A stretch of 64,000 bases of DNA from an uncultured bacterium (lineage in GTDB: Bacteria; Acidobacteriota; HRBIN11; JAKEFK01): positions 576,001 to 640,000 of the forward strand of contig CAVZQN010000004.1 in the NCBI GenBank assembly GCA_963777505.1. Reading direction: 5' to 3'. The notes under the pieces are model-generated. The model saw only the letters and a list, made by a program, of their open reading frames with translations, made no database searches and had not been told where the DNA came from. The stretch's first letter is position 1. Every line of letters starts with the position of its first letter. Shown in pieces: positions 1 through 10,089 of this stretch. A program made the position numbers and the translations under genes.

Positions 1-1
1 G

Positions 2-1723
2 TTCGGCAACTCTACTGCAGAAACGGTCACGCGCGTGCTGCGTCCGAATCAGGAACGTTATGTGGATAAGCCTGTCACGGAACGGGAATGGTATCGTCCG
101 TGGCCGCCAGACAAAAAGATGAATTGGTCGTTGCGCAACAATACAAACTATATGCAAAGCGGATGTCTCGCGATCCTGAACTACACTGCAAAACATGCTC
201 AGGAAATGCTGCGAAATTTTTACAGAAAAAGTTACAACTCCTGGCAGAATGGAGTGAAAGGAAATCCATACGCATTTGTCATTGCACCCGATCAGGGTGA
301 CCGGCGCCGCGTAGCGCAGATGGTCGAACTGCTGCGCAGTCACAGAATCGAAGTACATCGCGCGACATCAGCAATCAAAGTCAAAGAAGGTGAATTTCCG
401 AAAGGGAGTTACATGGTGCGGCTCGATCAACCGTATCGAAACTATGCTGTCGATTTACTGGAGCCGCAAAAATTTCCGACCGACACTCCCTATGAACCCT
501 ATGATGATATCTCCTGGGCACTGACTGCACATTACGGAGTGGAAGCCAAACGGATCGATGATGCCGCAATCCTGAAGGTTGCGATCGAACCATTGGAAGG
601 TCCGCTTGTTGTGCGCGGTCAAGTGAAAGGAAGCGGTCCTGTGTATCTGTTGAAAGATAGCGGACAGGAGGCCTTGCTGGCGGCGCGTGTGCGGCTATCG
701 AATTATAAAGTAGAAATTGCGGAGCAGGCTTTTGAATCTGGTGGTATGAATTATCCACAGGGCTCATGGATTGTAACAGAAGCCGGTGGGACGCCGTCGA
801 TACAAGATGTCGCAGAAGATCTGGCGCTGGACTTTGAAAGTGCAGCAAATGTGCCAGATGTAAAACGGCACGAGTCACCGCTTCCACGAATCGGTCTCTG
901 GAGCCTGTGGGCTGATACGGAAGCTACCGGTTGGTTACGAATGACTCTGGATCAGCAAAAAATCCCATATACATATTTGCGCGACGAAGAGATTAGAACC
1001 GGTGGGTTGCGCAGCAAGTTTGATCTGATTTTATTTGGTGAAAATTATCAGGACGTTAAGACTCAGATTCATGGACTTGATCCGAAATTTGGTCCCATGC
1101 CCTACACAAAAACAGCGGAGTTCACACATCATGGAGTTCCGTATTCATCGGATGATATTACCGGGGGAATCGGTTGGGCAGGAATGGCTAACCTTGCACA
1201 GTTCCTTAAGGAAGGCGGCTTGCTTGTAACCTTGGGAAACGGTTCAGCGCTTCCTTTGGAAGGCGGACTGGTGCGCAATGTGCGGCGCGGTGGTGAGGCT
1301 ACATCACCCGGAGTAGAAATCGGAACAAAGTTTCTTCGGCAGGATCATCCGATTGCTTATGGGTATCCCGAAACAAGTTCCGTTTTTCGCCAGACTTATC
1401 AAACTTATAGTGTGCGTCCTGCGGATCGGCGTTGGATTGTGATGCAGTGGGGAACACGCCTGCCAAAACACGAACGTGAAATAGATGAGGATGACAAGAA
1501 AGAAGAAAAGAAAAAAGATGAGCCCAAAATGGTAGTGAGCGGCGGTATGAAAAGCACTGATGATCTCGAAGGACACGCTGCAATCCTTGATCTTCCAGCA
1601 GACGGCGGACGTGTCATCGCTTTCAATTTCAATCCGATGCATCGCGATCTGAATCATTCCGACTACCGGCTGCTGTGGAATGTGATTTTGAACTGGAAAG
1701 GCCTGCCACCGGTGGAACGCTAG
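2..1723 (+). CDS. M14-family zinc carboxypeptidase-like protein, C-terminal part (5' end outside window)
   Basis: Frame is open from base 2 (FGNSTAETVTR...). The YD.SW.L, GW.R..LDQ..IPY and glutamine-amidotransferase-like C-terminal segments are typical of large bacterial M14 proteins. Zn-binding motifs lie upstream of the window. Confidence 0.7.
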   Translation, partial: FGNSTAETVTRVLRPNQERYVDKPVTEREWYRPWPPDKKMNWSLRNNTNYMQSGCLAILNYTAKHAQEMLRNFYRKSYNSWQNGVKGNPYAFVIAPDQGDRRRVAQMVELLRSHRIEVHRATSAIKVKEGEFPKGSYMVRLDQPYRNYAVDLLEPQKFPTDTPYEPYDDISWALTAHYGVEAKRIDDAAILKVAIEPLEGPLVVRGQVKGSGPVYLLKDSGQEALLAARVRLSNYKVEIAEQAFESGGMNYPQGSWIVTEAGGTPSIQDVAEDLALDFESAANVPDVKRHESPLPRIGLWSLWADTEATGWLRMTLDQQKIPYTYLRDEEIRTGGLRSKFDLILFGENYQDVKTQIHGLDPKFGPMPYTKTAEFTHHGVPYSSDDITGGIGWAGMANLAQFLKEGGLLVTLGNGSALPLEGGLVRNVRRGGEATSPGVEIGTKFLRQDHPIAYGYPETSSVFRQTYQTYSVRPADRRWIVMQWGTRLPKHEREIDEDDKKEEKKKDEPKMVVSGGMKSTDDLEGHAAILDLPADGGRVIAFNFNPMHRDLNHSDYRLLWNVILNWKGLPPVER

Positions 1724-1762
1724 TGCGGTAGATCTTCGCGTCTCTGTGGTTAAATACAATTG

Positions 1763-4489
1763 ATGGACAACACGCCGAGTTTGATCGGCAAAACAATTTC
1801 TCATTATCGAATCCTGGAACATTTGGGCGGAGGAGGGATGGGAGTTGTCTATCGCGCCGAAGATACGAAGCTAGGAAGAACTGTTGCATTGAAATTTCTT
1901 CCACCGGAGCTTTCGCAAGATTCGCAGTCATTGGATCGATTTCAACGCGAAGCTCGCGCCGCATCATCATTAAATCATCCCAACATCTGTACGATTCATG
2001 ACATTGACTCCGGATTTGTTTGCGAAAACGGATCACAGTTATCGGACCATCCGATCCATTTCATTGTTATGGAATTGCTGGAAGGGCAAACTCTCAAGCA
2101 TCGCATTGCATCAGGTCCGCTTGAAACAAAAGAATTTCTAGATATTGCAGTTCAAATCGCTGATGCCCTGGACGCTGCACATTCACGAAGCATTATTCAC
2201 CGCGACATCAAACCGGCCAACATTTTCTTTACGGTTCGAAGACAGGCCAAGATCATGGATTTCGGACTCGCTAAGCTCGTGCAAAAGGATGCAAACAATT
2301 CTGAAGTATCAGCGTTGCAAACAACACCCCCTAGTGAATTGACTGGGGCCGGTATGACGATGGGGACTATTGCCTACATGTCTCCGGAACAGGCGAAGGC
2401 TCTGGATTTAGATGCAAGAACAGATCTGTTTTCGTTCGGTATCGTTCTTTACGAAATGGCAACTGGCCATCAACCTTTTTCAGGTAGTACCAATGCCATC
2501 ATTTTTGACGGCATTCTAAATCGTCAACCACCGAATCCTCTCAGCTTTAATCCAATGCTGCCTGCACAATTGGAGCCAATCATTTCCAAGGCGTTGGAAA
2601 AGGATCGGGACATCCGTTGTCAGACGGCAGGTGAGTTACGCGCGGATTTGATGAGACTCAAGCGCGACATCGAATCCGGTAAATCATCTGCGGTAAGTGG
2701 AGCCGTAATTCAAACATCTGCAAGCGGTCGAGCTTCTACCACAGTAGTAGGCGCGGCTCAATCGGTTTCCAAGCCCTCCACAAAATTCTTCGTCCCGATC
2801 ATCGCTTTGCTGATGTTTGCAGCGTTTGCCGGCTATTATTTTTGGCCAAAAAAATCGGCTGCGCCTCCGGTAACAATGCCAGGTAAGGTTCTCAAAATCA
2901 GCCAGTGGAATAAACTGATCTACTCCGCAAAACTATCTCCTGATGGAAATGCTGTTGCGTTCATATCTCCGGTAGGAAACGTAACTCAAGTTTTTGTGAT
3001 GCTGATTTCCGGCGGAGAGCCATTGCAACTCACGAATGATGAGAGCACCAAGTTTGTCACTGGATTTTCACCCGATGGTAAGGAGATTTATTACAGCCGT
3101 ACCCTTGGACTGAATGAAATTTGGTCTGTCCCAACTTTAGGAGGGACACCTACACGTGTTCTTTCTGCAAGTGACATGCTGGTCGCGCCTGATGGAAATT
3201 CCTTTTTTTATTTCAAAACAGGAAACACAAGAATTTTCCGATCCGGAAAATCGGGACTAAGTGAAGAAGTCATCTATGATTTTGAGAAGAACCCCTTGAG
3301 CCGCCAAACTGTTCTGGTTTTCCCGGATGGTAAATTTATTTTGATCGGTGTGCGAAGTTTAAAAGATAGAAACGATAGACGGTTGCTTAAGCTTGATGTT
3401 GAAAAACGTAAAACGGAAGTACTGAATTCGAAAATGGAAGATGATCTAAATGAGGGCGTCTGGGAAAAACCAGGAGAAACCGTTTTATTCAGCCGCAATG
3501 TAAACGGACTGATCAATATCTGGAGATACGATCTTGGTACAAAACAGATGACGCAGGTTACAACAGGACCTGGCCCAGATTTCAGTCCTATGCCTGACCC
3601 CGGCGGCAAAGGTCTTTACTTTGTTAACGGAAAGGATTCGGGTTCATTGGTTTCTTATAATGTGAAAAACGGCACAAGTACGGAAATTGTATCTGAACTT
3701 TCCACTCAACCCGTTGTATCTCCGGATGGGAAACGAGTTTGTTTTATGAAGATACTGGCTCATCAAGATGAACTATGGGTCTCAGATCTCGATGGAAAAA
3801 ATTCTCAAAGGCTCGCATTTGGGGAAATGCTTGGAACTGGAATGTGGTCATTCGATAACACTCGCGTGGGCTTTGCCGCTCGACAGAAAGGCGAAGGAAA
3901 GCTGAAGGGATATCTCATCGATGTGGATGGTCGAAATCTTACACGCATCGGAGATTTAGATGGGAATGCTCAGAACATCAATTGGGCTGCTGATGGAAAA
4001 ACAATTTTTGTCGGTTCTCAGTTAGGGAGCAAACTTATACTCTGGAAAGCAAATTCCGATGGCACAGGAGTAGAAAAATTCCTGGAGGATTTTTTTTACA
4101 ACATGGAAGCAACACCTGATGGAAAATATCTGTTGGGATTGATCTTTGTTGGAGAGGAGACCGGTATTTATCAAGTTTCTTTGGCTGACCGAAAAAGGAT
4201 TCCATTGCTTCCCGGAGTAGAAACTGTCATGGTTCGCATGTCAGCAGATAAAAAAGCTTTTCTATATTCAGTCAACGGCAAAGGAGAAATTGTTTTTTAT
4301 CGCCAGGAATGGGTGGACGGCAAATTAATCGGAGAACCTAAAGTTGTTTTGAAACTACCGTTTTCGTTTCCACCAAATATTGGTGGAAATGCTTACGACT
4401 TTTCTGCCGATTTATCCCACGTCGTTTTAGCTAAAATCGGTGGGCAAAATGATCTTTATTTAATGGAAAGCCCGCAAGCAAGCAAATAA
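1763..4489 (+). CDS. Hanks-type Ser/Thr protein kinase with one TM helix and C-terminal TolB/PD40 beta-propeller
   Basis: [37 protein letters not shown]; TM segment [20 protein letters not shown]; repeated SPDG motifs. Confidence 0.93.
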   Translation: MDNTPSLIGKTISHYRILEHLGGGGMGVVYRAEDTKLGRTVALKFLPPELSQDSQSLDRFQREARAASSLNHPNICTIHDIDSGFVCENGSQLSDHPIHFIVMELLEGQTLKHRIASGPLETKEFLDIAVQIADALDAAHSRSIIHRDIKPANIFFTVRRQAKIMDFGLAKLVQKDANNSEVSALQTTPPSELTGAGMTMGTIAYMSPEQAKALDLDARTDLFSFGIVLYEMATGHQPFSGSTNAIIFDGILNRQPPNPLSFNPMLPAQLEPIISKALEKDRDIRCQTAGELRADLMRLKRDIESGKSSAVSGAVIQTSASGRASTTVVGAAQSVSKPSTKFFVPIIALLMFAAFAGYYFWPKKSAAPPVTMPGKVLKISQWNKLIYSAKLSPDGNAVAFISPVGNVTQVFVMLISGGEPLQLTNDESTKFVTGFSPDGKEIYYSRTLGLNEIWSVPTLGGTPTRVLSASDMLVAPDGNSFFYFKTGNTRIFRSGKSGLSEEVIYDFEKNPLSRQTVLVFPDGKFILIGVRSLKDRNDRRLLKLDVEKRKTEVLNSKMEDDLNEGVWEKPGETVLFSRNVNGLINIWRYDLGTKQMTQVTTGPGPDFSPMPDPGGKGLYFVNGKDSGSLVSYNVKNGTSTEIVSELSTQPVVSPDGKRVCFMKILAHQDELWVSDLDGKNSQRLAFGEMLGTGMWSFDNTRVGFAARQKGEGKLKGYLIDVDGRNLTRIGDLDGNAQNINWAADGKTIFVGSQLGSKLILWKANSDGTGVEKFLEDFFYNMEATPDGKYLLGLIFVGEETGIYQVSLADRKRIPLLPGVETVMVRMSADKKAFLYSVNGKGEIVFYRQEWVDGKLIGEPKVVLKLPFSFPPNIGGNAYDFSADLSHVVLAKIGGQNDLYLMESPQASK

Positions 4490-4609
4490 GTTTGCTAGAT
4501 ATCGGAACTAGTGGTATCCCTGCGATCTTTCTGATTTCCATACAGCACCTCTCAGGTGCACAAGATGAATAATCATGGTACTTATTGGTAAGTACGAAAT
4601 TATCAAAGT

Positions 4610-5125
4610 ATGATCGGGCCAATCTACATCATTGTTGGTGCAGCCGGGATTGCTGTTGCGGTTGTGTTTTTGATCAGGAAATGGAATGCAAGATCACGAA
4701 AAGATCTGCAAAAAGTTACTGAAGAACAGCGCAATGCGGCTGGCTATGCTTTAGAGCTTTTTCAACCTTTCCACTGGGAAGCGCTCCATTTTGCAATTCT
4801 TTCTGAAGAGTTCAGAAGATCTGGCGATGAGAAACGCGATTCCCAAAAAGCAGAATTAATTAAGGGATACTTAAAGGCGTTTGATTCACTTCAGGATGAA
4901 GTGAAAAGTTTAGATGGCAAGCTTGACTCGAATGAAATCAACAAGTTTGTGACTGTTAATTTGCGCGACGAAATAAATAAAATTGTGAAGACACTCGGTG
5001 AAGCCTGCCGTCTTGCTCAAGAAGAAACGGATCTGGCGAAATGTTTCCAACTTATTGAAACTGCTTATCGCGACAGCGCTCAGATTGAAAAATCACTCAG
5101 ATCTCGTTTCCGAAGATCAAATTGA
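4610..5125 (+). CDS. Hypothetical protein with N-terminal membrane anchor
   Basis: 171-aa ORF with a hydrophobic N-terminus and a helical, charged remainder; no family recognised. Confidence 0.65.
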   Translation: MIGPIYIIVGAAGIAVAVVFLIRKWNARSRKDLQKVTEEQRNAAGYALELFQPFHWEALHFAILSEEFRRSGDEKRDSQKAELIKGYLKAFDSLQDEVKSLDGKLDSNEINKFVTVNLRDEINKIVKTLGEACRLAQEETDLAKCFQLIETAYRDSAQIEKSLRSRFRRSN

Positions 5126-5587
5126 TTACGGCTCTTTAGGTAAGGCCAAGGAAGCTTGTCCGAATACATACTTCCAACCATCTTTTGTGCGAATGTAGGT
5201 ATCGCTAAACCACAGTTTTCGTTCGAAGGATTGTCCGTCCTGGGTGCCTTTGAGCCATAACTTGGCGGTTACAACGGCAGTATCTCCCCATACCCGTACC
5301 TTTTGCGAATCATCAATTTCCTTTTGCTGTTCATAAACAATTTTACCTTCACGAGCTCCATTGATGAGATCTGATTTTGTATAGACAGTTCCATTCCCCA
5401 AAACCAATACAAACTCGTCATGCAGAATCCGATCCATCGTTTTGGTATCGTTTTTTTCTACAGCTGCCTGATATTCAGTATCAAGCGCCGCAACAATTTC
5501 TGCGTCGGTCTTGCTTGATTCCGCGGATGCGAAAGACTGAAAAGTCGAGAGTGCTACCAGTACCGAAAATAGAAATAGTATTTTCAT
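5126..5587 (-). CDS. Exported NTF2-like (DUF4440) protein
   Basis: Signal peptide; D...MDRILHDEFVLV and VRVWGDTAVVTA...WKYVFGQAS pattern; GGAGG RBS. Confidence 0.85.
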   Translation of the reverse strand: MKILFLFSVLVALSTFQSFASAESSKTDAEIVAALDTEYQAAVEKNDTKTMDRILHDEFVLVLGNGTVYTKSDLINGAREGKIVYEQQKEIDDSQKVRVWGDTAVVTAKLWLKGTQDGQSFERKLWFSDTYIRTKDGWKYVFGQASLALPKEP

Positions 5588-5655
5588 AGTTATCCTCCGG
5601 AAAATATCATTGAACTTTAGATGAGGTCATTCAAAAAGTAACTTTGGGAGTAGAT

Positions 5656-6144
5656 TTATCTATAACTTGAGATAGACTCCGTGTCTTCCGTGACTCTGTG
5701 GTTAAATGTACGGATTCCAAAATAGTACGTCCAAAAAATGGCGAACAATTGGAATGGTACTCGAGCAAGAAGATAGATTGGTCCCATTTGGTGTCCTCCA
5801 AATTCTAAATTCTGAAATGCGGAATAGATATTGGCAGGCAGAACACCGATTAAAAACAATATCAGTGCAATGCTTGCTGCACGTACAAATCGTGGAATCA
5901 GCAATCCAATTGCACCCAAAATTTCAAGCACACCTGTGATGTAAATGATCTCCTTTCGCATCGGCATAAATGCTGGCAGCATCTGCATCATTTTTTCTGT
6001 CAGAAAAAAATGGCCGATTCCAGTAAAAATGAAAAACAAAGCTAGACTAATCCGTCCGCGGAGATTGGGACTGCCGATTTTGAATAAGGAAAGGAGGGCA
6101 TAGGTTCCTACAAGGATGAGTAAGAGCATTAAGAGTTGGAGCAT
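5656..6144 (-). CDS. DoxX-like membrane protein
   Basis: FTGIGHF, TGVLEILGAIGLLIP, PANIY and RVPFQ motifs; 4-5 TM helices. Confidence 0.8.
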   Translation of the reverse strand: MLQLLMLLLILVGTYALLSLFKIGSPNLRGRISLALFFIFTGIGHFFLTEKMMQMLPAFMPMRKEIIYITGVLEILGAIGLLIPRFVRAASIALILFLIGVLPANIYSAFQNLEFGGHQMGPIYLLARVPFQLFAIFWTYYFGIRTFNHRVTEDTESISSYR

Positions 6145-6156
6145 AATCTATTTATA

Positions 6157-6233
6157 GCAGGCTCGACGCCTGCGGTCCCTTATGCGGACGGGACGTCCGC
6201 GGTCCCCGATGCAGACGGGACGACTGCCGTCCC
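6157..6233. repeat. Three tandem palindromic REP-like units (27-bp period) overlapping the 3' end of lhgO
   Basis: GCAGGCTCGACGCCTGCGGTCCC (6157), GCGGACGGGACGTCCGCGGTCCC (6184), GCAGACGGGACGACTGCCGTCCC (6211). Confidence 0.8.
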
Positions 6234-7424
6234 CTGAGTATCCAGGACGTATCGCGCAAAACGGAAGCTGCTTGTAAATGCTGGAGAGACGGCATTCAGG
6301 ATATGTGTACTGTTTTCGGTATGTTCAACAAGAAAGTCCATAACGAGTTCTCGTTTTTCAAGGTCCAAAAGTTGTGCGCGAATTCCGGATTTCCTGCAAG
6401 GAACAAGATGATGTGAGCGAATCCGCGGGATCAATGCGCGCGCATCCTTGGCAAAATTTCGTCGAAACAAGCGACGCACTTCATCGCGAACCAACATGCG
6501 AAATCCTTGCGCATTCCTAAAATATTGCTGCGCAATCGACTTTGCAATCACATTTGCATCTCTCAAATTCACGCCATGGATCCCACTATAGTGTTCTCTT
6601 CCTAACGCCGGCGTTGCAGTAGGTCCGATGTAAACATGATCATCAATTGTGCGCGTGAAGTGCACGCCTAAAAATGGGACGCGCAAATCAGGCACCGGAT
6701 AAATTAAGCTATTCACTCGAATTCCGGATTGTTCGGAAAGTTGATAATAGGAGCCGCGAAACGGGAGGATTGTGTATTTTTCTGCAATCCCGAATTCTTT
6801 CGCAATGACATCTGCAAAAACTCCAGCCGTGTTATACAGATATCCATAATTGAATTCTCCCTTGGATGTCTTCAGGACTCGACCGCGCACTCCAGTCACT
6901 TTGGTATCGGTGAAAATTGAGACTCCGGCGGATTGCAGCGTATTGGCCAAATGGTTCAAGATAGCAACAGAATCTACGACACTCGTATCAGGACAATGCA
7001 ATGCGCGTCCGCTGCAAGAGACAGCTTCTGGTTCGATCCGGGTTAATTCTTTTTGATCGATTAAGTAGGCGCGCGCCCCATTAGAATGAGCTCGCTCCAG
7101 CAAAACATCGATTTGCGGATCGTCTTCAATTCTAACCGGTAAAATGACTTTACCGGTTATACGGATCGGCAGCTTATTTTCGACACAATATTGGGCCATT
7201 TCCCGTGCGCCTTCTGAGCACAGCTGAGCTTTTAAGGAACCAGAAGCGTAATAAATACCGGTATGAAGCACTCCACTGTTGCGTCCGCTTGCATGCATGC
7301 CGGGACGTTGCTCTTTCTCAAAAATCGCAATCGTACTTGCCGGCATTCTCTTGTGCAATTCTCGCGCGATTGCGAGCCCCATAATCCCTGCACCGGCAAT
7401 GACAAAGTCAAAACTCTTTGACAT
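6180..7424 (-). CDS. lhgO: L-2-hydroxyglutarate oxidase (FAD-dependent)
   Basis: GAGIMG FAD motif, HASGRNSGVLHTGIYY, IYPVPD..VPFLGVHFT, SGIRAQ, NAVSPAFTSS. Confidence 0.85.
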   Translation of the reverse strand: MSKSFDFVIAGAGIMGLAIARELHKRMPASTIAIFEKEQRPGMHASGRNSGVLHTGIYYASGSLKAQLCSEGAREMAQYCVENKLPIRITGKVILPVRIEDDPQIDVLLERAHSNGARAYLIDQKELTRIEPEAVSCSGRALHCPDTSVVDSVAILNHLANTLQSAGVSIFTDTKVTGVRGRVLKTSKGEFNYGYLYNTAGVFADVIAKEFGIAEKYTILPFRGSYYQLSEQSGIRVNSLIYPVPDLRVPFLGVHFTRTIDDHVYIGPTATPALGREHYSGIHGVNLRDANVIAKSIAQQYFRNAQGFRMLVRDEVRRLFRRNFAKDARALIPRIRSHHLVPCRKSGIRAQLLDLEKRELVMDFLVEHTENSTHILNAVSPAFTSSFRFARYVLDTQGTAVVPSASGTADVPSA

Positions 7425-7425
7425 C

Positions 7426-8718
7426 CTAATTTTTCTGGTGCAATTGCTTCCAGCGCATCGAGTTTAGAATGCGAGTTCTTCCTGATGGATGGTCATAAAA
7501 CAAAAGTTCAATTGTAGGATGTGGATCCAGGTCCCGGTATTCACCGAGTTTTAGAAATGTAGTCGCAGCGGCATCAGGGAACTTACTTGCATTGAGTCCG
7601 AAGTTATCGGCATCCAGTTCCATCGTTCTGCCATAAGAATTGAAAATCGGAGTCAATACAAACAGAAACAAGCCAAGCAGCAGCACGAACAAAGGCAAGC
7701 CGGCTACATCAGAGACGGATTCGACTCCGATATTTGGCCAACGTGTCACTATTTTTGCAAAGGCCCAGCGCACAAATAAGAAGCCTATAACGATAGCGGC
7801 TCCAAAGAACGCAACTCCCTTCCAGACATGATTCAAAACATAATGCCCCATTTCATGTCCCATAATCATTTGTATTTCTTCGGGCGTGCATCGCTTCAAC
7901 GTTGTGTCAAACATTACGATACGCATTGTGCCAAGCATTCCATTTACAAATGCGCTAATTCGATCGGTGCGCTTACTTGCATCCATTTCGTAGACTTCAT
8001 TGGCAGGAATCCCTTGCTCGCGGGCCATTGTCAGGATGCTTTCACGAATAGTTGGATCTTTTATGGGAGTAAATTTGTTGAACAAGGGCAGAATAAAAAC
8101 CGGCGCAATCGCAATTGCGATAATCATAAAAACAATCATGACTGCCGATCCCCAGAGCCACCATGTACGCGGTGTTCGTTTCAAAACTCCATAAAGGATC
8201 ATTAAGAGAATTGCGCCAAAAATGATATTCAGCAGAAGTCCAATGCCTTGATCGGAGAGCCATCCTGAGAAACTTTGAGTCAGCAATCCATACGCTTTTT
8301 CCCTGTAGTAAGACTTATACACAGTTAGCGGAAAATTAACGAGAGTTAGAACAATTACAAATTGAACCCAATAGAATGCAGTTTGTAGTGCGCGAATGCC
8401 TGTGATTCTTTGTGCCAGATTTCTGAATCGAACCGATAATCCAGTGGACATCAAAAGAATCATCAAGATGGAAGTGAAAAGAAAATCCACGACTGTAAAA
8501 ACATAATTTCCACGTGCATATGATTTTGTTTTTTGACGTCGTTCTATTGGCACTGCGTCGAGATAAGCCCTGGTTGCGGCAAACGGATCCTGAATCTTTG
8601 CAGCCTCAGCGGCTTTTTCAGGATCAAGAGGGACCACGACGGGCTTTGCCGCAAAACATTCTTGCGAAAAGCTAATTGCTAAGCTCAAGAGAATAAAAAT
8701 GAGAAGGTGTTTCTTCAT
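7426..8718 (-). CDS. M48 (Ste24-like) membrane zinc metallopeptidase
   Basis: HEMGH zincin motif, E..AD..GL, YDHPSGRTRI; multiple TM helices. Confidence 0.9.
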   Translation of the reverse strand: MKKHLLIFILLSLAISFSQECFAAKPVVVPLDPEKAAEAAKIQDPFAATRAYLDAVPIERRQKTKSYARGNYVFTVVDFLFTSILMILLMSTGLSVRFRNLAQRITGIRALQTAFYWVQFVIVLTLVNFPLTVYKSYYREKAYGLLTQSFSGWLSDQGIGLLLNIIFGAILLMILYGVLKRTPRTWWLWGSAVMIVFMIIAIAIAPVFILPLFNKFTPIKDPTIRESILTMAREQGIPANEVYEMDASKRTDRISAFVNGMLGTMRIVMFDTTLKRCTPEEIQMIMGHEMGHYVLNHVWKGVAFFGAAIVIGFLFVRWAFAKIVTRWPNIGVESVSDVAGLPLFVLLLGLFLFVLTPIFNSYGRTMELDADNFGLNASKFPDAAATTFLKLGEYRDLDPHPTIELLFYDHPSGRTRILNSMRWKQLHQKN

Positions 8719-8853
8719 ATTCACCTCATTTAAGGCGCGCCTTTTGCGGTTCCTTGGTGCGAAAGCCGGGCCTTTGATTAGTTATTATCATTGCACAACT
8801 CATTGAAATTGAGTTATGCAGGCCCATAATCAATGCGGTGGATGCGAGGGCAT

Positions 8854-9966
8854 ATGTTCATTAAAAAGCTTGCAGTCATTTTTTTGCTTGTTTCTTGTTT
8901 TACAGGATGCAAGCTTGAACATGTTACGTTTGCTGAACGCAAAGAATACATCCGCAAAGCGAAGGTCTGGCATAAAACTGATATTTCGAAAATGAATGTG
9001 CTTGCAGGTCCTCAAAATGGACTTGCATCTGTTCCGGAACAAGAAATTCGATGTACTTATCAAGAACCGCAAGAAGAAATCATAGGATTCAGCCCCAAAT
9101 TCAAATGCAAGTTACCGGATGGTCAGATTGTTCGAGTTAAATATAGTAGCCGGGAAACGCTGTCAGAAATTGCGGGCACACGCCTTCTATGGGCACTTGG
9201 GTTTTACGCAGATGAAGTCTATCCAGTAAAATTAAGATGCGTGGCGTGCCCTTCAAAAAATCTCGCCAAACCATCGAAGGACGAACCCCGTGTTGAAAAG
9301 CTGATCGAAGGCGCCATCATAGAACGCAATTTCCGCGGCAAAGAGATCGCGATATATTCTGATCAAGGATTTAAATGGGAAGAGCTTGATCAAATCGATC
9401 CAAAATTCGGTGGTTCAACAAAAGCTGAAACTGAAGCGTTAAAGTTGCTGGCAGTTTTTATACAACATACCGATAACAAAGCTTCACAACAGAGACTTGG
9501 TTGTTATGACGAAGATATTGAAACAAAACGATTCGGTGAGCTTTGCAAAAAACCTTTGATAATGATTCAGGATTTAGGTGCAACTTTTGGTCAGAGTTCT
9601 AACGAAGTAAGATCTTCAGCTTCGATGTATCTTCGCGGGTGGAAAAGTCAGCCTGTATGGAACCTGGCAAAAGAAGACGCCCATCTTAAAAAGACCGGTC
9701 GTAAGATCTGCATCGGATATCTTGAGCCAGCAATTGGTGGTGAATTGTTCGATCCAGAAATTTCGGAAGAAGGGAGACAATTTCTTGCAAATCTATTGAA
9801 TCAGCTGACTGATAAACAAATTGATGATATTTTTCGAGTTGCGCGAGCTGAAAGAACCGATGAAAGAATCGTTGAAAATGATCAAGAGATGCCGGTTCGT
9901 GTGCAGGACTGGGTTGAAGTATTCAAAATGAAACGTCAGGAAATTAACGACCACAAGTGTAATTAG
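8854..9966 (+). CDS. Predicted lipoprotein with atypical kinase-like motifs, function unknown
   Basis: Lipobox FTGC after a hydrophobic signal; GFSPKF, RVKY, EIAGTRLLWALGF, HTDNKASQ and IQDLGATFG occur in kinase-motif order. Confidence 0.6.
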   Translation: MFIKKLAVIFLLVSCFTGCKLEHVTFAERKEYIRKAKVWHKTDISKMNVLAGPQNGLASVPEQEIRCTYQEPQEEIIGFSPKFKCKLPDGQIVRVKYSSRETLSEIAGTRLLWALGFYADEVYPVKLRCVACPSKNLAKPSKDEPRVEKLIEGAIIERNFRGKEIAIYSDQGFKWEELDQIDPKFGGSTKAETEALKLLAVFIQHTDNKASQQRLGCYDEDIETKRFGELCKKPLIMIQDLGATFGQSSNEVRSSASMYLRGWKSQPVWNLAKEDAHLKKTGRKICIGYLEPAIGGELFDPEISEEGRQFLANLLNQLTDKQIDDIFRVARAERTDERIVENDQEMPVRVQDWVEVFKMKRQEINDHKCN

Positions 9967-10035
9967 TAGGGGGCCCTGTGGTCGCCCATGTGTTCTATGA
10001 ACCGAATTCGCAGGGCGCCACAAGGGCCGCCCTAC
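9966..10035. repeat. Inverted pair of GTAG-type REP sequences (REPIN-like)
   Basis: GTAGGGGGCCCTGTGGTCGCCC ... GGGCGCCACAAGGGCCGCCCTAC; same family as 35528-35576. Confidence 0.75.
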
Positions 10036-10089
10036 CTTGCTTCGTGGTAAAACATTTTCAGGAGCCGGCGAGTCGCCCGCATTAGACTA

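Noticed and set aside
6157-6233. Mini CRISPR array
   Set aside because: Units are separated by only ~4 bp, there are no unique spacers, and no cas genes are present.
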